From: Candidatus Latescibacterota bacterium
GTDB lineage: Bacteria; Latescibacterota; UBA2968; UBA8231
NCBI GenBank assembly: GCA_965200315.1
Contig: OZ241362.1
Location: 1,440,001-1,504,000, forward strand
Reading direction: 5' to 3'
DNA length: 64,000 nucleotides
Part shown: positions 47,750 through 57,450 of the stretch, piece after piece
Layout of the letters: each line of letters starts with the position of its first letter
Numbering within the stretch: position 1 is the stretch's first letter
Position numbers and translations under genes: made by a program
The notes under the pieces: generated by a model
Told to the model about the DNA's origin: nothing
Database searches by the model: none
The model's input: the letters and a program-made list of their open reading frames with translations, nothing else

Positions 47750-48565
47750 TTAAACCGAACGATTATCTGGCGAATAGGCGCGGTTATCACCGCCTATTTG
47801 CCACGTGCCGCGAAACAAAGAGCGGCGCTTGGGCGGCATGGCCTCGATGACCTCGTGGCTGAGGTTGAGCCGATGCCATTGGGCCCACAGAGAATTGTAG
47901 CAATTGAAAACGGCACAGCGCGGATTGTCCGAGTTGCGCCAATCGTTGGCTGCATGTAGCAGGCTTTCGGTGAAGACAATAGCCGAGCCGGGCGGGCAGC
48001 TATATTGGGCCATGGCCGCCTTCATGGGTTCCTCCCAAGGAGATTCGCCGATATTGGGCCGGTTGGGGTCGGGGCCGCCGTAGTTGAAATGGGCCTTGTG
48101 AGAGCCGGAGAGAAACGTGGTGCCCCCTTGGCCGGCTTTCACTTCTTCAAGCTCCCACACCACCCGTGTCAGCCCGGAAAATATCTTGTTGCCGGCCACT
48201 TGGTAGCGCATGGCATTGGCTTGTTGCGGGGGCCTCACTACATGCGGCAGGCCCGTGCCGTTGCTGGTGCTTTTCCAGCCGACCTGCCGCACGGTGGTAA
48301 AGGAATTTTCGCAGCGGAAGCTGTAGTACTCGTCCCCAAGATACGGCTCTTCAGCGAGGATTTCAGTGAGAATGCCAACCACCGCTGGATGGTCCAAAAG
48401 TTCCTGCAAGGCACCTTGGTAGCCTTGTTTGGCACCGCCGTATACTTCGGCCTTCGTCGCTTCAATTTCCGCCTCGGACAGCACCGAGGGCAACAAGAGC
48501 CAACCTTGGAGGTCGAAAAAAAACTTCTGCTCTGCGGTCATGGGCGCGGCATTGTGCTCGCTCAT
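47750..48565 (-). CDS. PhyH family dioxygenase (divergent)
   Basis: KFFFDLQGWL, GGTTFLSGSHK, FTESLLH; first iron motif atypical (LPHVV). Confidence 0.8.
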   Translation of the reverse strand: MSEHNAAPMTAEQKFFFDLQGWLLLPSVLSEAEIEATKAEVYGGAKQGYQGALQELLDHPAVVGILTEILAEEPYLGDEYYSFRCENSFTTVRQVGWKSTSNGTGLPHVVRPPQQANAMRYQVAGNKIFSGLTRVVWELEEVKAGQGGTTFLSGSHKAHFNYGGPDPNRPNIGESPWEEPMKAAMAQYSCPPGSAIVFTESLLHAANDWRNSDNPRCAVFNCYNSLWAQWHRLNLSHEVIEAMPPKRRSLFRGTWQIGGDNRAYSPDNRSV

Positions 48566-48586
48566 GGCGTTCTCCTTGTCGATTCG

Positions 48587-49396
48587 TTACACCTGTTTAG
48601 TCCACTCAATCGGCTCGCGGGCGATGCCCTGTTCCCGGGCCCATTCGGCCAAGCCGTTGCTCGATCCCCCCAATAGCTGCTTGCCAAGATCATCTACTTG
48701 GCTCAGCACCTCGTCGCCCGGTTGGACGAGGTTCATATTATCCCGCAGCCCTCCCATCCAGCGGTAGCTGTAGCCCAGTATGACCACCTTTGATGTGCGC
48801 TGGCTTAAATTAGGTGCCGCTGTGTGGAAGACGCGGTTCTCAAACAAAAAGGCATCACCGGCATTGAGACACAAATCCACCGCCTTCTCTGGATCGACTT
48901 GGCCTTGAGGGATGGGCAACGGCGTCGGCAGCCGATGCGATCCGGGGGCGAACATGGTAAAACCCGACTGCGGCGTGGGAAAATCCGTCAGGCAATAGCC
49001 CACTTTTATGCCGGCGCGGACGATGCCTTCGTGGCCCAAATCTTCGGTCATGCCGATGTCGCGATGCCATCCCCGCACCCCTTCCCCGGCATCGTCCTGT
49101 GGGAATTTATAGATAATCGCCGTGGTGTGCAGATGGATGTTGGGCGACAGCAACTGGACCAATAGCGGCACTGTCGAGGAATGGGTCAGCAGCGGGTGAA
49201 ACGCCTGCTCTTGTACGATACCCGGCCGCCGCTGAACATAGTATTGGTCTGCTTGGCGTCCGAATTCATCGATCATCCGGTCGCACACTGTCGTCAACTG
49301 CTCCACTTCGCGCTGCGTCAGTGCCCTTGGGACGACCAGATAGCCGTTGTCGTCAAAGAAGCGACGCTGTTGCTCCTCCAGTAGGACCAATTCCAT
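48587..49396 (-). CDS. PhyH family dioxygenase
   Basis: FDDNGYLV, WHRD, APGSH, FENRVFH. Confidence 0.9.
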   Translation of the reverse strand: MELVLLEEQQRRFFDDNGYLVVPRALTQREVEQLTTVCDRMIDEFGRQADQYYVQRRPGIVQEQAFHPLLTHSSTVPLLVQLLSPNIHLHTTAIIYKFPQDDAGEGVRGWHRDIGMTEDLGHEGIVRAGIKVGYCLTDFPTPQSGFTMFAPGSHRLPTPLPIPQGQVDPEKAVDLCLNAGDAFLFENRVFHTAAPNLSQRTSKVVILGYSYRWMGGLRDNMNLVQPGDEVLSQVDDLGKQLLGGSSNGLAEWAREQGIAREPIEWTKQV

Positions 49397-49422
49397 TGCT
49401 CACTTACCTCGCGTTATGAGCT

Positions 49423-49884
49423 TTAGATCAACTCGGCGTCGCAACGGGAACAGTGTTCCCACGCGGGCGATTCCACCGGCTTGTCGCAATCCGGGCACAA
49501 GCCGAGGGGATGATCGTCCTCGCGGCAGCGGCGACCGTCTTTGTAGGTAATGAGGCGCCAGACCGTCTCGCCGTCCGTAGCGTAAAAAGTCCACGTCCCC
49601 TTCTTGCGCCCGTCCGAGCTCTTGCCGCGGTATTCGTTGAATTGCCCGGTCTGTTTCCGTTTGCCGTTTTCATAGTAGGCTACGTGGTCGCCAGTGAGTT
49701 TATTTTCCTCGTAGTGGTTGATGCTGGCGGGCTGGCCGTTTCTGTGGTACTCGACCCATTTGCCCGTCTTCTTGCCCATGTCGAAAGCGCCTTCGCGTCG
49801 CTTGCCGCCGTCGGCATAGTATAGCACCCAAGGGCCGTGTTTTTTGCCGCCTTTGTACTCGACGTCTTCGAGATGGCTGGCCAT
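49423..49884 (-). CDS. MORN_2/YwqK-repeat protein with C-terminal zinc ribbon
   Basis: KHGPWVLYYADG, KTGKWVEYHRNG, YYENG, KKGTWTFY; CPDC..CSRC; start 49884 after GGAGG. Confidence 0.82.
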   Translation of the reverse strand: MASHLEDVEYKGGKKHGPWVLYYADGGKRREGAFDMGKKTGKWVEYHRNGQPASINHYEENKLTGDHVAYYENGKRKQTGQFNEYRGKSSDGRKKGTWTFYATDGETVWRLITYKDGRRCREDDHPLGLCPDCDKPVESPAWEHCSRCDAELI

Positions 49885-49930
49885 GATTTCCTCCGTATTA
49901 ATTGGCCGATGTGTTATTCCGCGCCCCCAA

Positions 49931-50596
49931 CTAGTGTGGGTTGGCGGTAACAGCAGCGGTAGTACGAGTGTAGGCGCGGGTGCGGTCTGCACCGTCCACG
50001 CCTAGAGAAGTGAGAAAGAGACTATCACCTGCGAGCTGGTAGGTGCCGGCGAACTCCATTTGCTCTTTAGTGAGGTTGAAGAAATGGGAATAGAATGCTT
50101 CTACAGAGGCGCGGTCTTCCTCAGATATGGCTTCCCCAGCATCTTGCCCGCGGATAAAATCCTCAGCAGAAAATTCGCAGAGCCGGATCTGAATATCGCC
50201 TTCATATATGATGAATTCGTCGTACCCGATCCACAGGCTGTCGCCAGCAGTACGCCAAGTACCTATCCCGTCGTAGGCCCTAGAGTCGAAGAGGCGGCCC
50301 CGTTCTTTTAATTCCCTCAACGATTCGTCAGGGAGGTAGCTGAGGTCAGAAACCCTCACGGAATTGAGGTGGGCGGTCCCGTCCTCTCGGAAAGTCACGC
50401 GGCGGGAGGATTGGCCTGCCGCCGTGTCGTAAAAAACAGTGGCATTTTCAAAGGTCTTCTTTTTTAGGGTGTCAATCCAAGTAAAGCGGAACCCCTCAAT
50501 TCCTTCTTGACTATGTTCCCAAGTGCCCAGCAGTCCATCCTGACCAGCGGCGGGCAAGACCCAGAGCGCACAAAGGATCGCTATACGGTATAGCAT
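49931..50596 (-). CDS. Secreted hypothetical protein (lipocalin-like LLGTW start)
   Basis: Signal peptide, AAGGAG RBS, LLGTW..TFREDGT..GTYQLAGDSL. Confidence 0.65.
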   Translation of the reverse strand: MLYRIAILCALWVLPAAGQDGLLGTWEHSQEGIEGFRFTWIDTLKKKTFENATVFYDTAAGQSSRRVTFREDGTAHLNSVRVSDLSYLPDESLRELKERGRLFDSRAYDGIGTWRTAGDSLWIGYDEFIIYEGDIQIRLCEFSAEDFIRGQDAGEAISEEDRASVEAFYSHFFNLTKEQMEFAGTYQLAGDSLFLTSLGVDGADRTRAYTRTTAAVTANPH

Positions 50597-50675
50597 GACG
50601 GGTCTCCTTTCTAGGTGGTAAATCTACATACCCAACCCTCAGTATCAAAAACCTCCATCGCCAACATCGTCGCCC

Positions 50676-52235
50676 TCAAGTAACGCCGCACTCATAAGGC
50701 CCTAAGTCCGGGTCGGTGTTGTGAACGCCGCGATAGGTGCTCTTGCCGCGCAGGTAACGCACCTCTAGTTCCAAGTCTCGCACATAGATGAGCGGCGTAG
50801 CTTCTGGGTCGCGCTCGTGCAGAGAGACCTCCACGACGTTGGTTCCCCGCACCGGCCAATGGGCCTCGTCCAACCGGAAGACAAACCAGTAACTCGAATG
50901 CGAGCGGTAGCGTGGCGCAGTCATCTGATAGATGTGGTCGATCTTGCGCGTGATATGCGCTGGCAGCTCGCTGCCGTTCAGCTTGAAGCTGAGGCGGTCG
51001 CGGTCGGTAGCGCGCATCAGCCGTAGCCGCAAAATCACCTCGTGAACTCGGCCCGCTGCGCCCCAGCGCGGCAGATCGTCGCTGATGGGCAGGTCTAGCG
51101 CTATGGGTTGGTCTAGCGACAGCGGGGCCGGTAGCTGCATGACGAGTCCCGGCTCGGTCTTCGGCTGTGCGGCTGAACGCCCGGTGGGCGTGGGGATCGC
51201 GTAGATTTTGTCTTTGACCGCCATCACGTCCGGGTGCGGCAACTCGCGGAGCTGCTCGTAGAAGGACGGTCCGTACGGCCAGTTGCCGGCCCAATGGACC
51301 AAATTCAGCCCATCGACGCCCTGCGCCCAGTAGTTGGTCGCGGCGGCGCGCACCATGGCGCTGGGGGCCGCGCCCAGCCGGTCCGAATCCACGTTGTTGC
51401 GGATGACGCCGTGAACCCGGCAATCCGCGTCTTGGGCCGCTGCGATTAGGGGCCGGAAATCCGCGGTCGCGTCAAGCAGGGACATGGACGCGAAGTTTTC
51501 CGCGACCAAGACATCGGCAATTCCCTCGCGGATCCACGTTTCGGGATCCAAGCCAATGGACCGGCACCCGGCGATACTGCTGGGGATGCGCAGGGCTAGC
51601 TCGCGGTCCGGGCCGCTTTGCTTGACGGCCTCGCGGACGCGCTGGAGCCAGTCGGTAAAGATCGCCCGGCCGCGCTCTATGCAGTCGGGGTGAAAAAAGG
51701 CACCGCCAGCGTAGTGATTGAGGTTGAGTTCAAAGCCATCCACCGGATAGTTTTGCAGGGTTTCCTCAATCAAGGCAAAGCGCATTTTGCGGACTTCTGG
51801 TCGCGCAAAATCGGCCAACTGGGTATCGCCGATCCGCAAGCCCTCGCCTAAGTCGGCCTGCACCTGGAGAGAGGGATAGATCAACAGCCCCTTGGCCTGT
51901 GCGCGGTCGCAGACGATGTGCAGCAAATCGCGGCCCTCGGCAATGAGTTGTTGGGCATTGCGATAGGCGCGCTGGAAGACGAGGTGCTCCCAGTGATGGT
52001 CGTCCTCCGGCCGGAACTGAGCGGTAGCCGCTGTCTCTGGTCCCCAGTGATCGGCCACTTGGGTGTCGTGCAAAAAGGCGTTGCCAAAGCCGAGGTTGAA
52101 AACCAATGCCTCAATCGGCGTTCCCAACAGCTCATCAACCGCAGCCTCGCACCCCTCTTGCGCGACGGGTGGCTCGCACATGTAGAGCAAGGTGTGGCGC
52201 GAGTCGTTTTCAAACATCAGGCGGGGTTTGGGCAT
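50676..52235 (-). CDS. Glycosyl hydrolase-like TIM-barrel protein (GHL10-like) with C-terminal beta domain
   Basis: MFENDSRH, DFARPEVR, YPVDGFELN, GLDPETWIREG, YWAQGVDG. Confidence 0.65.
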   Translation of the reverse strand: MPKPRLMFENDSRHTLLYMCEPPVAQEGCEAAVDELLGTPIEALVFNLGFGNAFLHDTQVADHWGPETAATAQFRPEDDHHWEHLVFQRAYRNAQQLIAEGRDLLHIVCDRAQAKGLLIYPSLQVQADLGEGLRIGDTQLADFARPEVRKMRFALIEETLQNYPVDGFELNLNHYAGGAFFHPDCIERGRAIFTDWLQRVREAVKQSGPDRELALRIPSSIAGCRSIGLDPETWIREGIADVLVAENFASMSLLDATADFRPLIAAAQDADCRVHGVIRNNVDSDRLGAAPSAMVRAAATNYWAQGVDGLNLVHWAGNWPYGPSFYEQLRELPHPDVMAVKDKIYAIPTPTGRSAAQPKTEPGLVMQLPAPLSLDQPIALDLPISDDLPRWGAAGRVHEVILRLRLMRATDRDRLSFKLNGSELPAHITRKIDHIYQMTAPRYRSHSSYWFVFRLDEAHWPVRGTNVVEVSLHERDPEATPLIYVRDLELEVRYLRGKSTYRGVHNTDPDLGPYECGVT

Positions 52236-52324
52236 GTGTGCGTCCTCCGCGCATTACAATTTGGTGCGAAAAACCTAAAACCGTATTATTCCCCCGGTCA
52301 ATCGCCTCGCCCCGAGAGGTCCCC

Positions 52325-53413
52325 ATGATCGAACTCCGCGCCACCGGCCTCATCTACCGAGACTCTACGCTCCATGCTTGGCACCCCACCCTAGCGGTGT
52401 TGCCCAACGGCGACCTATTGGCCGCCTACGACTTGGGCAAAACCATCGGTGCTCTTGATTATTGCACCTATCTTGCGCGCTCGACCGATGGCGGGCGGGC
52501 GTGGAGCGAGCCGGTGGCCTTTTTCACGGATCCCGTTGCCGCGCCCGCCCGCCGCACCGTCCGCATCAGCACCCTAGCCGACGGAACCTTGATCGGCGCG
52601 GGCCGACGCAGCTATTGCCACCACCCCGAGACCAGCGGCTGGAATCCGCAGACGTACGGCGTAGAGCAAGGCGATTGGTTCGTGCTCCGCAGCCGCGACG
52701 GGCTCCACTGGCAAGGGCCACAGAAAATCGAGCCGCCACTAGCTGGTCCCTACGAAGTCTGCCACGCCTTTGTCGAGACCGGCGACGGCCGGTTGCTCCT
52801 GCCCACGGGCCTGTTGCGGACTTGGGAAGGAGACGCGCCCGACGGACTCAAGGCTCTAACGTTGGTCTCTGACGACCAAGGCCAGACTTGGGCCAAATAT
52901 ATCGAGCTGTTCGCCGATCCCCAAGGCGCGGTGATCTACCACGAAGTCAGTCTCGTGGAACTGACGGGCGGGCGGCTCCTCGCGGTGGCTTGGCCCTTTA
53001 ACTCGGCGGTAGGTAAAACCCTGACGGAGGTGCCTTACGCGATAGCACCAGACGGCAAGACATTCAGCGTCCGCGGCTCGACCAGGATCGCCGGCGAGAC
53101 GACCAAGTTGCTGCACTTGGGTGGCGGTCGGGTCCTGTGCCTGACGCGCCGCACCGACGTGGCTGGCCTGTGGGCGATGCTCGCGCAGATACAAGGCGAC
53201 GCGTGGGTCCAGCTCGCAGAGGCCCCCCTGTGGCAAGGCGCGGCGTCGCGGATGCAGGGCGAGCGGGACGCGGCTACCGAGCTGGCCGAACTCCACTTTG
53301 GCTTTCCCAGCCTCTTGCGCCTGCCCGATGGCGACGTGCTGGCGGCCTTCTGGTGTCGCGAAGACCATATTCACAACATCCGCTGGCTGCGGATTAGCGT
53401 AAAGAATCACTAG
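52325..53413 (+). CDS. Sialidase-like BNR/Asp-box beta-propeller
   Basis: Asp boxes RSTDGGRAW, RSRDGLHW, VSDDQGQTW; HAWHP and FGFPS motifs; ATG 52325. Confidence 0.85.
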   Translation: MIELRATGLIYRDSTLHAWHPTLAVLPNGDLLAAYDLGKTIGALDYCTYLARSTDGGRAWSEPVAFFTDPVAAPARRTVRISTLADGTLIGAGRRSYCHHPETSGWNPQTYGVEQGDWFVLRSRDGLHWQGPQKIEPPLAGPYEVCHAFVETGDGRLLLPTGLLRTWEGDAPDGLKALTLVSDDQGQTWAKYIELFADPQGAVIYHEVSLVELTGGRLLAVAWPFNSAVGKTLTEVPYAIAPDGKTFSVRGSTRIAGETTKLLHLGGGRVLCLTRRTDVAGLWAMLAQIQGDAWVQLAEAPLWQGAASRMQGERDAATELAELHFGFPSLLRLPDGDVLAAFWCREDHIHNIRWLRISVKNH

Positions 53414-53422
53414 GAGAGCACC

Positions 53423-54912
53423 ATGCACATCGGCGACCAATGGATGCAGTTGCACAGCCGCGACAAAGCTCTCAATCAGGCGTTCGCTCGGCCCTTTCCG
53501 GTCGGCGTCGAATACTACCGCCCACCCGTGCCACCGCCTGAGTACTGGGCCGAGGACTTTCGCCGGATTAGCACCGCTGGTATGAGCATCGTCCGCGTCT
53601 GGTACTCTTGGGACTGGGTCGATACCCTGCCCAACCACTACGAGTTCGACGATCACGGCCTAAAGGTCTGGGTCGATACCCCGCTAGGCACCCACATGGC
53701 CTGCCCGGCTTGGATGTTGCGCTCCCACCCGGACATGCGAGTCGTCCGCCGCGACGGCCGTGTGCAACAAAACACGACCGGCGCGTTCGCCGCACACGGA
53801 GCGATGATCCACAATTTCGACCACCCGATGTGGCGGGTTTACGTCGAGCACTATCTGCGCCAATTCGTGCCGCGCTACAAAGACCACCAAGCCTTGGGGG
53901 TCTGGGGCACTTGGGACGGCATTGGCTACGCCGGCGCGTGGACGGCTAACCCTGATCAAGGGCGGTGCCGGGGCCATGTTCTGGCAGTACCGACCAGAGT
54001 ACATGACCTACGAAGCACCCGGACTCAATATAGCTGCACTCGACGGCGAGCCGACCGAGCGACTTCACGCGGCAACCGAGACCATCGTCCAGATCGACCG
54101 CATCGCCGCCCACCTGCCGCTGGCCATTCCACGCGCCGATGTGGCCATTGCCTACAGTGGACCAAGCGACGACGCATTTGATTTTAACGACCAGGGCGTC
54201 CAGTTCATCCAGCACCACCGGGCGCTCTACCGCGCCCTGTGGGCACAAAGCGTCTCACCTCGTAGCCGACGGCTACTTTGGTACCTTTGCCGGCAAGGGC
54301 CACTGGAGTTTCAAGCCGCCCGAGGGCCTCAGCGATCTCATCGACTGCCGGAGCGCCGATTTTGATGTCGTCGCTGATTTCGATGTCCAGGCTGGCAAAA
54401 ACATCGTGCAGATGGAGTGTGGCACCTTTGCCCTGCCGGCGGGGACGACCTATTCAATCCTAGAAGCCCAAGGTGCCACGGCGCCCATCGCTACCATCGG
54501 CGACGAGGTGGTCGGGGTGCGCTCAGCCGCCGGGCGCTTCACTTGGTACGGGTTTGCGCTCTCGGCTACAGCTTCGTCGCAAGTGCCCGGGCAACCGGGG
54601 TCACCCGCGCCAGTGGGGCTGGTCCACGATGAGGTAGCGATCGCACTGCTGGCGACCGCGGGCGTCGAGCCGTGGTTTGCGCTTACTGGCGATCGCATCG
54701 TCGCCTTTCGCCGCCACTTTCGGCAGGGCGGGTCGCTGATCTTCGCGCTCAACTTAGAACGGCGCACAGCGCGGACGCGGGTGCAGCCACGCTGGCCGAT
54801 AAAATCGGCCCGAGACCTGCTAGGCGAACGAGATCTCGCGCTCTGCGACGGAGCCTTTGAGCTGACGCTAGCGTTTGGCGAGGTGGCGGTGATACACTGT
54901 GCGGATCGCTGA
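53423..54912 (+). pseudogene. GH42 beta-galactosidase-like gene fragmented by deletions and frameshifts
   Basis: GVEYY..WAEDFRRI..GMSIVR..CPAW..RYKDHQAL (frame 1); GAMFWQYRPE (ORF 53922); trimerisation/C-terminal part (ORF 54139); total far shorter than a typical GH42. Confidence 0.78.
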
Positions 54913-55034
54913 TCGTCTTGGAGCGCAAGAGCGAACGATGCAATTGAGCCAAGCTCGATTCTTGGAAGAAGGGTTTTTGGTCCCGCCCGGCACAGATCAG
55001 AGAATGATCGAGCACCGCCGAGAGAGCAAGCCGC

Positions 55035-55931
55035 TCAGAGGGGATTTATCAGCCCGATGGCATCCAAGACGGCCCCGATCTTTTCCACTTCCTCGTCTGT
55101 GGCCGTGACCATAGGCGGACGCAACCAGCGCGAGGCAATGCCATTGAGTTCGAGCGCGGTGCGCCACACAGCCTGACCGCCGCCTACCACATCTGTGGCC
55201 ACTCCCCAGAAGGGTTCTTCGATTTGGGCGATGATGGTCTGGGCCGTTTTGGCGTCGCCGTCTTGGAAGGCCCGCCAGTAGCTTTGTGCTATATGGGGAG
55301 CAAACGAAGATGGATAGCAAAAAAAGGCGCGGATGCCGCAGGGCCATTGTGCAAAATTGCGCCATAGGCCCCCGCCGGTCATGAACTTCCACCGATCGCC
55401 ATAGCGATGCACAGTCGCCTTTGCGTATTCGAGTGTACCGTCTTCTTTGAAGGTGCAGATGTTGGGCGCGTCGAGTAGCGCGTCGAGAATTTCATAGGGA
55501 GGACACCCCACCAACATCAGGGGCATGACTTGGGCTACTTTGCGATATTGGATGACCTTGCCTTGCGGCTGGGCTTGTTCCGACGGCAGCACCATCAGCA
55601 CGTCGGCTCCCCAACTACGGCAATACTCGGCGAACTGGACCGCCCGATCGTCTGGCCAGCGCCGAGTAGCCGCTACCGTCAATGCCCGTCCGGCAACCCG
55701 GTCGACCAAAAAGCGGGTGAGCTGGGCGACTTCTTCATCGCTGAGGAACTCGAACTGGCTATCCCCGTAGGTCAGCAAGCTGACCTTGCTGCCGCTCGAG
55801 ATGCCGATGTCGATTACGCGGCCGATGCCCTCCCAGTCTAGCTGGCCGTTGGGCAGAAATGTGGTGGGGATGGAGTTGACCGGACCTTCGAGTACATTTT
55901 TGATCTCGTCCGGCTTCTTGACTGATGGCAT
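55035..55931 (-). CDS. Dihydrodipicolinate synthase/N-acetylneuraminate lyase family aldolase
   Basis: IPTTF..GQLDW, GDSQFEFLSDEE, GADVLMVLP, catalytic Lys in TFKED; start MPSVK at 55931. Confidence 0.85.
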   Translation of the reverse strand: MPSVKKPDEIKNVLEGPVNSIPTTFLPNGQLDWEGIGRVIDIGISSGSKVSLLTYGDSQFEFLSDEEVAQLTRFLVDRVAGRALTVAATRRWPDDRAVQFAEYCRSWGADVLMVLPSEQAQPQGKVIQYRKVAQVMPLMLVGCPPYEILDALLDAPNICTFKEDGTLEYAKATVHRYGDRWKFMTGGGLWRNFAQWPCGIRAFFCYPSSFAPHIAQSYWRAFQDGDAKTAQTIIAQIEEPFWGVATDVVGGGQAVWRTALELNGIASRWLRPPMVTATDEEVEKIGAVLDAIGLINPL

Positions 55932-56084
55932 TGACGCATTCCTTTCGCGAATAAATGTAGAGGAAAACACCAGCGCCCTCCAGCCTAAGACTTCCCAATC
56001 AGGCATTGCTCAGAGCACCGCGAGACACCAAATTATGGATGGCCTCGTGCCGCTTGCGTCATGCCACCCAACGTTTAACGAAAC

Positions 56085-57368
56085 ATGAACGCTGATTCGC
56101 TCGAAATACAACCCCTGCAAAAACCTCTCGACGCCGAAGTCTCCGTTCCCGGGTCCAAAAGCTATACCAACCGGGCGCTGCTGGTCGCGGCACTAGCCAA
56201 CGGAGAATCGCACCTTACGGGCGCACTCTTTAGCGACGACACCGACTACATGGTCCAAGCATTGTGCAAACTCGGCGTCTTTATAGAGGCCGATCCAAAG
56301 GCCGCTAGCTTTGTGGTCGCAGGCAATGGCGGACGGATTCCCGTCGATGGTGCCGAGCTGTACATCGGCAATTCGGGCACCACTTCACGGTCGATCACAA
56401 GCTATGTCGCGCTCGGCAATGGAACCTTTGTCATCGACGGCGACGCGCCCATGCGCCATAGCCGACCGATGGCCGATCTGCTCGACGCACTTGGCCAGCT
56501 CGGTATCGACGCTCGCTCGCGCAATGGATGCCTACCCATAGAGGTGCAAGCCAAGGGGTTCAGAGGTGGAAAAACCCGGCTCGACGCCAGCAAGAGCAGC
56601 CAGTTCCTCACTTCGCTGCTGCTCGTCGCTCCCTACGCCGCCAACGGCTTGGAAATCGAAATGGTCAGCGAGTTCAAGACCGAATATATCGACATTACTA
56701 TGGCGGTAATGCAGGCATTTGGAATCGAGGTCGAGCACGACGAGTACCGGCGCTTTCGCGTCGCTGGTAGCCAATGCTATACGCCCCGTACCTACGCCAT
56801 TGAGCCGGATGCTTCCAACGCCTCGTACTTCTTTGCCGCCGCTGCGCTCACCGGCGGTCGGGTACGCGTAGCCGACATTGCCGCCAACTCAGCCCAAGGC
56901 GATATCCACTTCGTCGATGTGCTCGAGAAAATGGGCTGCACGGTCAACCGCTACGCCCGCGGAGTTGAGGTGATCGGGCCGGATCAACTCAGGGGAATCG
57001 ACGTCGATATGAAGGCCATATCAGATACCTCGCTGACGCTAGCTGCGATCGCGCCCTTTGCCAAGAATCCTGTGCGGCTCCGCAACATCGAGCACACGCG
57101 CTGGCAGGAGACCGACCGGATTGCCGCTATGGTCGCCCAATTGCGTCGGCTCGACGTAGCAGTAGAAGAACACAGAGATGGCGTTACGATCGCGCCGTCT
57201 AAGCCCAAAAGCAGCAGCATAGATACCTATAAGGATCACCGAGTAGCTATGAGTTTTGCTCTAGTCGGATTGCGAGTGCCCGGAATCCACATCAACGACC
57301 CAGGATGCGTCGGCAAAACTTTTCCGACATACTTCGACGTCTGGGATCAGATAAGAAGCTCGGCGTGA
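56085..57368 (+). CDS. aroA: 3-phosphoshikimate 1-carboxyvinyltransferase (EPSP synthase)
   Basis: PGSKSYTNR, GNSGTT, SSQFLTSLL, EPDASNASYF, ETDRI, DHRVAMSF, KTFPTYF. Confidence 0.97.
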   Translation: MNADSLEIQPLQKPLDAEVSVPGSKSYTNRALLVAALANGESHLTGALFSDDTDYMVQALCKLGVFIEADPKAASFVVAGNGGRIPVDGAELYIGNSGTTSRSITSYVALGNGTFVIDGDAPMRHSRPMADLLDALGQLGIDARSRNGCLPIEVQAKGFRGGKTRLDASKSSQFLTSLLLVAPYAANGLEIEMVSEFKTEYIDITMAVMQAFGIEVEHDEYRRFRVAGSQCYTPRTYAIEPDASNASYFFAAAALTGGRVRVADIAANSAQGDIHFVDVLEKMGCTVNRYARGVEVIGPDQLRGIDVDMKAISDTSLTLAAIAPFAKNPVRLRNIEHTRWQETDRIAAMVAQLRRLDVAVEEHRDGVTIAPSKPKSSSIDTYKDHRVAMSFALVGLRVPGIHINDPGCVGKTFPTYFDVWDQIRSSA

Positions 57369-57392
57369 GCGGAAGGGAACGGTCGAAACAAA

Positions 57393-57425
57393 GATGCCCT
57401 ATCGGTCGCTTACCGATAGGGCATC
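57393..57425. terminator. Terminator between convergent aroA and the envelope operon
   Basis: Perfect 14-bp stem GATGCCCTATCGGT-CGCTT-ACCGATAGGGCATC; TTTGTTT follows on the minus strand. Confidence 0.85.
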
Positions 57426-57450
57426 CAAGCTTCTTGCTGCTTGAAGGTGC

